Positions 9,694 to 17,330 of a DNA stretch of 64,000 nt are shown here, piece by piece. Source of the DNA: Candidatus Woesebacteria bacterium (GTDB lineage Bacteria > Patescibacteriota > Microgenomatia > UBA8517). The stretch spans positions 354,981-418,980 of the forward strand of contig OY970314.1 of assembly GCA_963716475.1 (NCBI GenBank). The letters are read 5' to 3'. Position 1 is the first letter of the stretch; every line of letters begins with the position of its first letter. Below the pieces are notes generated by a model. It searched no databases. It saw only the letters and a program-made list of their open reading frames with translations, and was not told the origin of the DNA. The position numbers and the translations under genes were made by a program.

Positions 9694-10329
9694 CTACTCC
9701 ATTTCGGACATGAATTCATTAACACCCTGTGCCCATGAGCCATTACTTAAAGGCGTATATTTGTTCATTATGTCATCAATGGTTGCGTAACCTTTATTGA
9801 GATAATTTTCTCTAAGTCCTTTAGAAACCTTCTCAATCCCCTCCTGAAATGAAGAAAATCCTACGGATCCCTGACCCGTAATTCCCCAGCCCCAACAGTT
9901 ATAAGACTCGGGGGGGATGATCTTACATACATTTGATTCCTGCCTGGCAATGGCGGTAATCAAACGAAAATCCAGAGAATACTTATCCGCGGTTTGGACA
10001 ATTAATCCTGAATATGGTGCAAGGGGTGAACCAAGACTTTCCATATATTGCCGAAGTATTTCAGGCCTGGCATCACCTGATGTTATTTCCTCCGAAACCG
10101 ACGGGGATTTCATGGGCAAAGATGCATAGACCTTTACACCCGACTGTGGAGAGGAGATTAGATTGGATAAAGATAAGTCTTGCTTGGCGGAAACACTGGA
10201 TTTAAGTGAGAATAGAGAAAAAAGACTAATACCAAGGGTTAATGGAGTTATCACAAAAAAAGAAATAACCAAAATCAGATTTTTCCAAAAACCGATATTC
10301 TCTTCCCTACTAAACTGGACACTTTCCAT
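9694..10329 (-). CDS. secreted GH73-like glucosaminidase (peptidoglycan hydrolase), paralog 2
   Basis: TM/signal N-terminus. ITAIARQESN...YNCWGWG...FQEGIEKVSKGL...GYATIDDIMNKY is paralogous to 8963..9487. Confidence 0.5.
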   Translation of the reverse strand: MESVQFSREENIGFWKNLILVISFFVITPLTLGISLFSLFSLKSSVSAKQDLSLSNLISSPQSGVKVYASLPMKSPSVSEEITSGDARPEILRQYMESLGSPLAPYSGLIVQTADKYSLDFRLITAIARQESNVCKIIPPESYNCWGWGITGQGSVGFSSFQEGIEKVSKGLRENYLNKGYATIDDIMNKYTPLSNGSWAQGVNEFMSEME

Positions 10330-10386
10330 TATTTGTCAGGATGCCACAAATGAGTGTTGTGTGTCAAGCATTTAAAGCTAAATATG

Positions 10387-10458
10387 AGCGGCGGACGGGA
10401 ATTGAACCCGCTACATTCTCCTTGGCAAGGAGACATTCTACCGATGAATTACCGCCGC
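10387..10458 (-). tRNA. tRNA-Gly(GCC)
   Basis: Reverse complement GCGGCGGTAATTCATCGGTAGAATGTCTCCTTGCCAAGGAGA...TTCAATTCCCGTCCGCCGCT. Anticodon loop TTGCCAA. Confidence 0.8.
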
Positions 10459-10515
10459 AAATCGAATTAATCTCACCGAAACAGGCCTAATGATACAACA
10501 AGTGAGGGTAAAACT

Positions 10516-11790
10516 CTAGGTTTTTATAAATATTTTCTTTGCAAATTGGTAGAACTTCACAATTTTTGACGGGTAAAAAATGGCAAAAGCAACCGGAATT
10601 AAAGCCATGAGAATTTTGGGATGATAACTTAGTTCAGGCATAATTAACATGTTTGTAACGGCAATTATTCCCAGTACTTCCTCCTTAGCAAACCTTTTTG
10701 CAAAAATAAATATTACAATTATTAAAAGAATCATGGGTGAATATGTATAGCGGAAACCGGAGGTTACTAAATTGGGATAAAAACCTGAAGGGAAAAAAAG
10801 ATATGCAAAAAAGCAAGGGTAAGCAATAAGCAGAAGCTTGGTAATATCATTACGAAGGTTTTTATTTAAACGTTTAAGTGTTAGGGAAAAAATAATAGGT
10901 ACAGCTAAAAATGCCAAGCACCAAACGGTATATTCAGATACAAACGCGTTTATCCAAACTTTATAACCTCCTGACCAAACAATTATCGAACGCCAGACAG
11001 GAAAAATTGTCCAGTCATTTTGATAACCTTTTAAGTGAAGAAATAATGAATTGGTTGGGTAATATGGATTTCCCGTTAATATGTAATTTCTGACATACCA
11101 GGAAAGTCCGAGAATTGAAAACGGAATTAAGAAAACGATTAGCCTTCGTAAATTTAGACTTTTTAAAACAGGCTTTCCTAAAACAACCAGAAGAAATACT
11201 GAAAAAATCGGGGCAGAGTATTTACTACCGAAAAACATGCCCATTGCCACGCCCAGAGATAAAAAGTATCGCCAGGTTTTTTTAGGATTTCGTAAAAGAA
11301 TTAGAGTTATTACGAAAAAACAGGCAAGCCAAACATCAATTGTCTGTGAAAGAAGCCAGCGTATTATGACGTGTAAAGAGGCGATCGTGGATGAAAAGAT
11401 AGTCGAATAATCGTTAGAAAAACCGTAAGTTTTAGCAAGATGTCTGACTACAAAGAACAAAAGGATTATTCCTACCCAGTCAAAGAGATTTATTGGGATA
11501 TGCAGCATAGTAAAGATAGCCAGAATCATTTCGGACGTGCCAGGACTGTATATAGTTCCCCTATCGATCAGTGGTGAGAAAGGAGCAAGTGCCGGATTAT
11601 AGATTTTCCCAGCTAGTATTAATTGTGAAATTGGAATATGGTATGCGACGCTGTCACCTTCCAAAACTTTACTAGTGGCTCCTTGTACAAAGTAATATAA
11701 AAGAAGAAAAGCAAATATCACAAGGGATATTTTGGAAAGATAAGAGAGAAGATCATTTTTCATATACTTGTGCCGAGAACAGTGCTCCAC
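10516..11790 (-). CDS. polytopic membrane protein, possibly GT-C-type glycosyltransferase (ArnT/PMT-like)
   Basis: More than 10 predicted TM helices with loop-rich architecture. No catalytic motif verified. Confidence 0.4.
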   Translation of the reverse strand: MEHCSRHKYMKNDLLSYLSKISLVIFAFLLLYYFVQGATSKVLEGDSVAYHIPISQLILAGKIYNPALAPFSPLIDRGTIYSPGTSEMILAIFTMLHIPINLFDWVGIILLFFVVRHLAKTYGFSNDYSTIFSSTIASLHVIIRWLLSQTIDVWLACFFVITLILLRNPKKTWRYFLSLGVAMGMFFGSKYSAPIFSVFLLVVLGKPVLKSLNLRRLIVFLIPFSILGLSWYVRNYILTGNPYYPTNSLFLHLKGYQNDWTIFPVWRSIIVWSGGYKVWINAFVSEYTVWCLAFLAVPIIFSLTLKRLNKNLRNDITKLLLIAYPCFFAYLFFPSGFYPNLVTSGFRYTYSPMILLIIVIFIFAKRFAKEEVLGIIAVTNMLIMPELSYHPKILMALIPVAFAIFYPSKIVKFYQFAKKIFIKT

Positions 11791-11897
11791 TTGAACATCC
11801 TAGACAGTTTCAAGGATACAGCAAACGAAATTGAAACTCTATATTCATAATTTGATGGCTAAATAGACATTTCAGCCCGAAAAATATATATTAAGTT

Positions 11898-12335
11898 ATG
11901 AGGGGTAACACCAAGGGTTTTACTCAAATTATTCTTATCATTGTTCTATTGATTATGGTTGGAGGAGCCGCCTATTATTACGGCTCTCAATCTTTAAGGA
12001 TTCCTTCACAGGCAACTTCTACTCTAACAGCAATACCTAATAATATTAATTGCAATACTGACGAAGAATATTTTGTAGACCATCGAAATGGACAGGGTGG
12101 TTGTGTTAAAAAGCCAAGCGATGCTGGCAAGTCTTGTACGAAAAGTTCTGCATGTCAATCGGGATATTGTGTAACAAAGGAGATTAAGGCAACGAAAGGT
12201 ATATGTTACGATTCTTACTATAACATTCCATGCTCTGACTGTTATTGGACAATAGAAAGTTCACAAAAAGCGGAGGTCCGAAAACAAATATCTGGTGGCG
12301 GAGAATCTACTTTTTCCCCTTGTTGTACCTACTAA
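11898..12335 (+). CDS. small secreted Cys-rich protein
   Basis: N-terminal TM/signal segment and 12 or more Cys in the C-terminal 100 aa. Confidence 0.45.
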   Translation: MRGNTKGFTQIILIIVLLIMVGGAAYYYGSQSLRIPSQATSTLTAIPNNINCNTDEEYFVDHRNGQGGCVKKPSDAGKSCTKSSACQSGYCVTKEIKATKGICYDSYYNIPCSDCYWTIESSQKAEVRKQISGGGESTFSPCCTY

Positions 12336-12367
12336 AAGTTAAAAGCAGACTAGAATAACCATAAATG

Positions 12368-12440
12368 TGCCGAGAGGCTGAGTCGAACAGCCATTTGACG
12401 CTCTTCAGGCGCCCGCCTTGACCACCTTGGCTATCTCGGC
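12368..12440 (-). tRNA. tRNA-Phe(GAA)
   Basis: Reverse complement GCCGAGATAGCCAAGGTGGTCAAGGCGGGCGCCTGAAGAGCGTCAAATGGCTGTTCGACTCAGCCTCTCGGCA. Anticodon loop CTGAAGA. TTCGA T-loop. Confidence 0.7.
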
Positions 12441-12460
12441 ATAAACTAAGCGATTGCTAA

Positions 12461-12514
12461 GACAAGATACACTTACCAGGGCTCTGGCTGGCCAAGCTTC
12501 GCTTATCTCGGCCA
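12461..12514 (-). repeat. composite intergenic repeat (copy A) carrying two GTAAGCGAAGC(T/A)TGGCC cores, upstream of tRNA-Phe
   Basis: About 85% identical to 55941..55993. Core also shared with 13074..13097 and 37446..37469. Confidence 0.6.
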
Positions 12515-12665
12515 AAAACCTTTTAATAATAAATATGCAATTCCAAGTAATAATAAACCGCCAAAAATCTTTAAAAGAAAGATAAATTCAGGAAAATCCA
12601 AAAAGAAACCGATTATTTTCCTCCAAATTATAGCTACCCAATAGTCATCTTTTCCCATATTCCGG

Positions 12666-12739
12666 TGGACACTGAGGGGCTCGAACCCCCGACCTCATCG
12701 ATGTAAACGATGCGCTCTAGCCAGCTGAGCTAAGTGTCC
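12666..12739 (-). tRNA. tRNA-Val(TAC)
   Basis: Reverse complement GGACACTTAGCTCAGCTGGCTAGAGCGCATCGTTTACATCGATGAGGTCGGGGGTTCGAGCCCCTCAGTGTCCA. Anticodon loop TTTACAT. Confidence 0.8.
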
Positions 12740-12744
12740 CTAAG

Positions 12745-12825
12745 TGCACCCGGAGAGACTCGAACTCTCACGCCTTTCGGCGTAGCTCCTCAAGCTACCG
12801 CGTATGCCAGTTCCGCCACGGGTGC
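12745..12825 (-). tRNA. tRNA-Leu(GAG)
   Basis: Reverse complement GCACCCGTGGCGGAACTGG...GTAGCTTGAGGAGCTAC... with a long variable arm. Anticodon loop TTGAGGA. Confidence 0.75.
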
Positions 12826-12871
12826 GTATCATAACAAACTGCACTAACCGCAAAAGTTTAGCTTCGACGAG

Positions 12872-12953
12872 TGCAGGTGGGAGGATTTGAACCTCCACGG
12901 GTTGCCCCACACGGCCCTGAACCGTGCGCGTCTGCCAATTCCGCCACATCTGC
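12872..12953 (-). tRNA. tRNA-Leu(CAG)
   Basis: Reverse complement GCAGATGTGGCGGAATTGG...CACGGTTCAGGGCCGTG... with a long variable arm. Anticodon loop TTCAGGG. Confidence 0.75.
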
Positions 12954-12969
12954 AATTATATCGTATTTG

Positions 12970-13041
12970 TGACCCTGGGAAGAATCGAACTTCCATCTCG
13001 TTCTTAGAAGGAACTTGCTCTATCCGTTGAGCTACAGGGCC
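12970..13041 (-). tRNA. tRNA-Arg(TCT)
   Basis: Reverse complement GGCCCTGTAGCTCAACGGATAGAGCAAGTTCCTTCTAAGAACGAGATGGAAGTTCGATTCTTCCCAGGGTCA. Anticodon loop CTTCTAA. Confidence 0.75.
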
Positions 13042-13046
13042 AAATA

Positions 13047-13097
13047 CATACGTATTTTACCATTCATTGGATGAATGGCCAAGCTTCGCTTACTATT
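13047..13097 (-). promoter_or_regulatory. sigma70-type promoter for the five-tRNA array (upstream box GTAAGCGAAGC, -35 TTGGCC, 17 nt spacer, extended -10 TGGTAAAAT)
   Basis: Minus-strand reading ATAGTAAGCGAAGCTTGGCCATTCATCCAATGAATGGTAAAATACGTATGTATTT then the tRNA 5' G. Nearly identical module at 37446..37491. Confidence 0.55.
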
Positions 13098-13134
13098 TGC
13101 ACAGCTAAACGGCTAGGATCTTCTTACATTTAAA

Positions 13135-13482
13135 CTAGATGATTTGTGAGGCTTTGATGAAGACTTTATTTGAACGGAGTTCGTTAAATGTTTTGCAAGG
13201 CTCCACGATTCTTGGATCGGTAATTTTGTAAAAGACGTTTTTACCCTGCCTTCTTGTAGTAACAAGCCCAACATACCTCAGATAAGCTAAATGTTGTGAG
13301 GTGTTGGATTTTCTGGTACCTAACATTTTCGAAAGCTCATTGACCGTGGCTTCCCTATCAACGATACAGTTTAATATCTCGAGACGCTTCGCATTTGCCA
13401 TAACTTTATAAAGCTCGGCATTTTTTCTATAAACTTCCTTACTGAATGGTGATTTTAGTGTAGTATTTTTCTTGTCTGCCAT
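13135..13482 (-). CDS. ArsR/SmtB family transcriptional regulator
   Basis: Winged HTH pattern RLEILNCI...ATVNELSKMLGTRKSNTSQHLAYLRYVGLV...RQGKNVFYKI. Confidence 0.8.
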   Translation of the reverse strand: MADKKNTTLKSPFSKEVYRKNAELYKVMANAKRLEILNCIVDREATVNELSKMLGTRKSNTSQHLAYLRYVGLVTTRRQGKNVFYKITDPRIVEPCKTFNELRSNKVFIKASQII

Positions 13483-13550
13483 TTTCTTAAAGCTTAATTA
13501 TATACATCATTTCAAGTACGTCAAATTAATTGATACAATGAGTACTTGGA

Positions 13551-14951
13551 ATGAAAAGAATTTTAACAGTTATATTCACAGTTGTGATTCTTTTTAACAT
13601 ACATTCCTGTGTTTTTGCTGAGAATATTCCTCAATCTGTCCCAAATAATAAATTCGGAATACATATAACGGATGAGAAAGATCTTCCCGACGCAGTTAAC
13701 CTAATTAACTCTTCCGGGGGCGATTGGGGTTATGTAACGTTTGTTATAACGGAATCCGCAAGAGATCACGACAGATGGCAGCAGGTTTTTGATCAGATGA
13801 GGAGACTTCACGTAATTCCGATCGTAAGAATTGCCACAAAAGCCGACGGAGACACGTGGGAAGCGCCAAATGATGCGGAAATAAATAACTGGATCGCTTT
13901 CTTAAATTCCTTAAATTGGGTAATCGAAAACCGCTATGTCGTGATTGCAAATGAACCAAACCATTCCTCCGAATGGGGAGGCACAATTGACCCGGCGGGT
14001 TATGCAAGTTATTTAAATAAATTTGCCTTAAAACTACATGAGGCATCCCCCGACTTTTTTGTTCTTCCGGCAGGACTTGATGCCTCTGCAAAAAACACCA
14101 CATCAACAATGGACGAAGTGACCTTTCTTAAAAAGATGCTTACCGCCGAGCCAAATCTTTTTGACAGTCTTGACGGCTGGGTATCACATTCTTACCCAAA
14201 TCCCGGTTTTTCGGGAAAGGATACTGATACCGGTCGGGGTACAATCGGCACGTTTGATTGGGAATTAAGTTATATAAAAACTTTAGGAATAACCAAGGAG
14301 TTACCCGTTTTTATAACTGAAACCGGATGGTCAAACCAGACTGTCGATCCTTCCAAAATTTCCGACATGTACGATTATGCTTTCAAAAATGTTTGGAATG
14401 ACCAACGGGTTATCGCCGTCACTCCGTTTATATTAAACTACCCAAATGCTCCTTTCGCTGAATTCTCCTGGAAGAAAAGCGACGGTACTTATTACCCTTA
14501 CTACTCCGGTATACAAAGGATCCCGAAAGTAGCAGGGTCACCAATCCAAGTAATTAGCGGTCAAATTCTTGGAGCCGTTGCCCAACCGCTAATTATTACC
14601 GGCAGCGACTTTTTTGGTGCTATATTAGCCAGAAACACAGGCCAATCCATTTGGAGTACTAAAAATGTTCTGGTTACTGCTGACACGAAAGATGTTTTAA
14701 TTAAAAGTTATTCATTCCCAAGCGTTGAACCAACAAGACTTGGTTTAATCATTTTTAAAGCTGAATTACCCGATAATACGGGAATATTTAGCCGATCTTT
14801 GTTTTTGAGTGACAACAATGGCAAAAGAATTACTAACAGTTTTCCGATTGAGGGGCTCCTGACAAAAATAGACAGAATGCAAGTTATCTCAATTTTTGCT
14901 AAAATAGGCTCGTACTTGTCCAGTGCTCTTTCACTTCCGAAATTCCGATAG
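13551..14951 (+). CDS. secreted clan GH-A glycoside hydrolase (GH5-like)
   Basis: Signal peptide. Acid/base motif VIANEPNHSSEW (NEP) and nucleophile motif VFITETGWS (ITExG). Confidence 0.6.
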   Translation: MKRILTVIFTVVILFNIHSCVFAENIPQSVPNNKFGIHITDEKDLPDAVNLINSSGGDWGYVTFVITESARDHDRWQQVFDQMRRLHVIPIVRIATKADGDTWEAPNDAEINNWIAFLNSLNWVIENRYVVIANEPNHSSEWGGTIDPAGYASYLNKFALKLHEASPDFFVLPAGLDASAKNTTSTMDEVTFLKKMLTAEPNLFDSLDGWVSHSYPNPGFSGKDTDTGRGTIGTFDWELSYIKTLGITKELPVFITETGWSNQTVDPSKISDMYDYAFKNVWNDQRVIAVTPFILNYPNAPFAEFSWKKSDGTYYPYYSGIQRIPKVAGSPIQVISGQILGAVAQPLIITGSDFFGAILARNTGQSIWSTKNVLVTADTKDVLIKSYSFPSVEPTRLGLIIFKAELPDNTGIFSRSLFLSDNNGKRITNSFPIEGLLTKIDRMQVISIFAKIGSYLSSALSLPKFR

Positions 14952-15086
14952 GAATTCTGAGAAGAGAAATGACAAAACGGAATAGTTTAAGCGTAAGCAA
15001 AAAACTTGAAAATGATGACCGTTTCGACGAAGGCCCATATGAACCTGCTAAAGCAGAACCATATGACTCCAGGTTGTAAGCAATCT

Positions 15087-15159
15087 GGGCCCATAGCTCA
15101 ATGGTAGAGCAGTACCCTCTTAAGGTAACGGTTGAAGGTTCGAATCCTTCTGGGCTCAC
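15087..15159 (+). tRNA. tRNA-Lys(CTT)
   Basis: GGGCCCATAGCTCAATGGTAGAGCAGTACCCTCTTAAGGTAACGGTTGAAGGTTCGAATCCTTCTGGGCTCAC. Anticodon loop CTCTTAA. Confidence 0.75.
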
Positions 15160-15218
15160 CCACTTCGTTCGTTTTCCCATCGGCTTCGATAGTGCCTATT
15201 TGTTAAAGAGTTTTGCAC

Positions 15219-15238
15219 ACGAATCCTTCTGGGCTCAC
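15219..15238 (+). repeat. exact 20-nt direct repeat of the tRNA-Lys 3' end (CGAATCCTTCTGGGCTCAC), att-like remnant
   Basis: 15141..15159 and 15220..15238 are identical, 61 nt apart. Confidence 0.6.
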
Positions 15239-15239
15239 A

Positions 15240-16091
15240 CTATTTACTCCATCTTGCCCATATTCCGGTTGAAAGAAGTCTTCCTGCAAATTTTTCCTTT
15301 AAAGTTAATTCACCATTTTCGATATGTCCCCCAAAATTCCCTAAATAATCATTCAGGGTATTGGCAAGCGTTATAGAAGAAGAAGAAATTGCGTACGCAT
15401 TTACCAAAACAAATAGGGGACTGTCTGATAAAATTCGTTTGCAGTTTGCCAGTAACTTTGGAAAATCCCGATTAAAATCCCAGACTTCACCGTTTGGACC
15501 GTGTCCGTATATCGGCGGGTCCATAATTATTGCGTCATATTTGACTCCCCTTTTGATCTCACGTCCGCTAAAAGTTACGGCATCATCAATTATCCAGCGT
15601 ATAGGAAGGGCATCCATACCATTTAGGTTTCTATTCTCGTTAGCCCAGGTTATGGCGGGTCTTGAAGAATCAAGATGTGTAACTTTTGCTCCGGCTTTTG
15701 CCGCAAAGAGTGAAGCAATTCCCGTATAGGCAAAGAGGTTAAGTAAATTAATTGGTCGGTCGGATGACTGCACGTTTTGATAAACATAGTCCCATTGTGT
15801 GGATTGTTCGGGGAAGACTCCTGTATGTTTGAAGGGTGAAAGTTTTGCCCAGAATTTGACTCCATTATACTCAAGTTCCCATTTTTCAGGAATATTACTT
15901 TTTATATTCCATCTGCCTTTATCTTCACTGGTTCTTTCAAAAAGGGCATCAGCTTTTTGCCACTCCCCTACCGATAATGTTTTTTTCCATATTATCTGAG
16001 GATCAGGTCTGTCAAGAAGATATTTTCCGAATCTCTCCAAACGCCTACCCTCACCACTGTCAAGCAAATCATAATCATTCATAGTGTTCAC
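15240..16091 (-). CDS. class I SAM-dependent RNA methyltransferase (RlmI/RlmK-like)
   Basis: FAYTGIASLFAAKAGAKVTHLDSS (SAM-binding fold) and IMDPPIYG (DPPxY-like catalytic motif). Confidence 0.65.
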   Translation of the reverse strand: MNTMNDYDLLDSGEGRRLERFGKYLLDRPDPQIIWKKTLSVGEWQKADALFERTSEDKGRWNIKSNIPEKWELEYNGVKFWAKLSPFKHTGVFPEQSTQWDYVYQNVQSSDRPINLLNLFAYTGIASLFAAKAGAKVTHLDSSRPAITWANENRNLNGMDALPIRWIIDDAVTFSGREIKRGVKYDAIIMDPPIYGHGPNGEVWDFNRDFPKLLANCKRILSDSPLFVLVNAYAISSSSITLANTLNDYLGNFGGHIENGELTLKEKFAGRLLSTGIWARWSK

Positions 16092-16094
16092 GCT

Positions 16095-17177
16095 CTAAGC
16101 GATAAATCTGATTTTCATATTATCCAAAACTTCTGTAGAAAATGAAACTTCCTGTCCGGGGAACTTGGCCCCCGGTCCCCAAATTTTAATAAGTTTTTTA
16201 TCGGCAGCAAAACCCGTTCCGATCTTCAAAGCTACATCTTTCAAAGTTTCGCCCTCTTTCATTATAATCGGACTGCCTGCTTTAGGATCTTCATCAGGTT
16301 TTACCAAGTAAACAGTAATAAACTTCAGGGCTTTCCAGATCTCAACTATAAGCTCGCTTACCCCCTCGCCTTTCTCAGCGCAGATACCAACATATTCGCC
16401 GTCTATCATATTTCGGTAATTCGGCTCCATATCCACTTTGTTAATTACAAAAATAGTAGGAACATAAACCCGATTATCCGAAAAAGCATCAAAAAGTCGT
16501 TCATAACCGACCTTTTCTTTAAGAGTAATATTGCCACTTTTAATGCCGTATTCACGGGCTATTTCTTTTATAGTTTCTTTATCTATGGCCTGCTTTATAT
16601 TAGAAAATATTTCCAAACCACCCTCAGACATTTTGTCAATAATTACTCTTGGCTTTTCCTGATTTATACGTATGCCGGATCCTTCTAGCTCTGCAACCAT
16701 TTTCCCCATAAGGTCTACCCTTTGAACATCCGTCATTACAATCAGTAAATCAGCGCTCCTGGCAACTGAAAGAACCTCTCTGCCCTTACCTTTTCCTTCT
16801 TTGGCTCCCTCGATAAGACCCGGTATGTCCAATATTTGAATATAGGCCTCTTTGTATTTGAGCATACCCGGAACAACTGTAACAGTAGTAAAGGCATAGG
16901 GAGCCACCTTGCTTTCAGCGTTGGTCAGACGGTTAATCAAAGTAGATTTGCCCGATGAAGGAGGGCCTACCAAAACTACCGTAGCATCTCCTTGTTTTTT
17001 AACGGAAAAGGAGGGGCCGCCACCGCCTGCGGATTTTCCTGACATATCAATTTCCTTATCTCTTAGCCTGGCAATCTTTGCTCTCATTGCGCCGATAAAC
17101 CCGTTTGTAGCTTTATGATGAGGAGTTTTTCTCAAAACTTCCTCTATTTGTTTGATTTGTTCGTCAATGGTTAGCAT
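16095..17177 (-). CDS. DRG/Obg-like GTPase with C-terminal TGS domain
   Basis: GPPSSGKSTL (G1), DIPGLIEGA (G3) and the downstream TGS-like GDVALKIG. Start moved to the internal MLTIDE, which is preceded by TATAAT. The longer table ORF would overlap tRNA-Arg. Confidence 0.65.
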   Translation of the reverse strand: MLTIDEQIKQIEEVLRKTPHHKATNGFIGAMRAKIARLRDKEIDMSGKSAGGGGPSFSVKKQGDATVVLVGPPSSGKSTLINRLTNAESKVAPYAFTTVTVVPGMLKYKEAYIQILDIPGLIEGAKEGKGKGREVLSVARSADLLIVMTDVQRVDLMGKMVAELEGSGIRINQEKPRVIIDKMSEGGLEIFSNIKQAIDKETIKEIAREYGIKSGNITLKEKVGYERLFDAFSDNRVYVPTIFVINKVDMEPNYRNMIDGEYVGICAEKGEGVSELIVEIWKALKFITVYLVKPDEDPKAGSPIIMKEGETLKDVALKIGTGFAADKKLIKIWGPGAKFPGQEVSFSTEVLDNMKIRFIA

Positions 17178-17204
17178 TTCAGGTATAATTATACCAGTAT
17201 TCGA

Positions 17205-17276
17205 GCGTCCATAGCTTAACGGATAAAGCAATAGTCTTCGGAACTATTGATGAGGGTTCGATTCCCCCTGGACGCA
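17205..17276 (+). tRNA. tRNA-Arg(TCG)
   Basis: GCGTCCATAGCTTAACGGATAAAGCAATAGTCTTCGGAACTATTGATGAGGGTTCGATTCCCCCTGGACGCA. Anticodon loop CTTCGGA. Confidence 0.7.
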
Positions 17277-17330
17277 CAAATCTTTTTTCTCGACAAATTC
17301 CATCGCAGTTATGATATAAGTAGTTCCAGG

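Noticed and set aside
12500-12658. 52-aa hydrophobic ORF (MGKDDYWVAIIWRKIIGFFLDFPEFIFLLKIFGG...) between tRNA-Phe and tRNA-Val
   Set aside because: Its C-terminus and stop are provided by the intergenic repeat, and it sits inside the tRNA array transcript. It could be a real micro-protein but there is no supporting signal.
13744-14109. Antisense ORFs inside confident genes: 13744..14109 in GH5, 15361..15729 in the methyltransferase, 47361..47717 and 48751..49062 in uvrA, 54976..55431 in eno, 56002..56328 in ppsA, and many others in the table
   Set aside because: These are shadow ORFs on the strand opposite to genes with strong family signatures. Low-complexity translations. No independent evidence.
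17247-17330. Table ORF start for pyrG (MMRVRFPLDAQ...) and the table start of the DRG GTPase (17231)
   Set aside because: Both extended N-termini run across tRNA-Arg(TCG) at 17205..17276. Internal starts (GTG at 17331 for pyrG, ATG at 17177 for the GTPase) fit the conserved N-termini, and the GTPase start has a TATAAT box in front.
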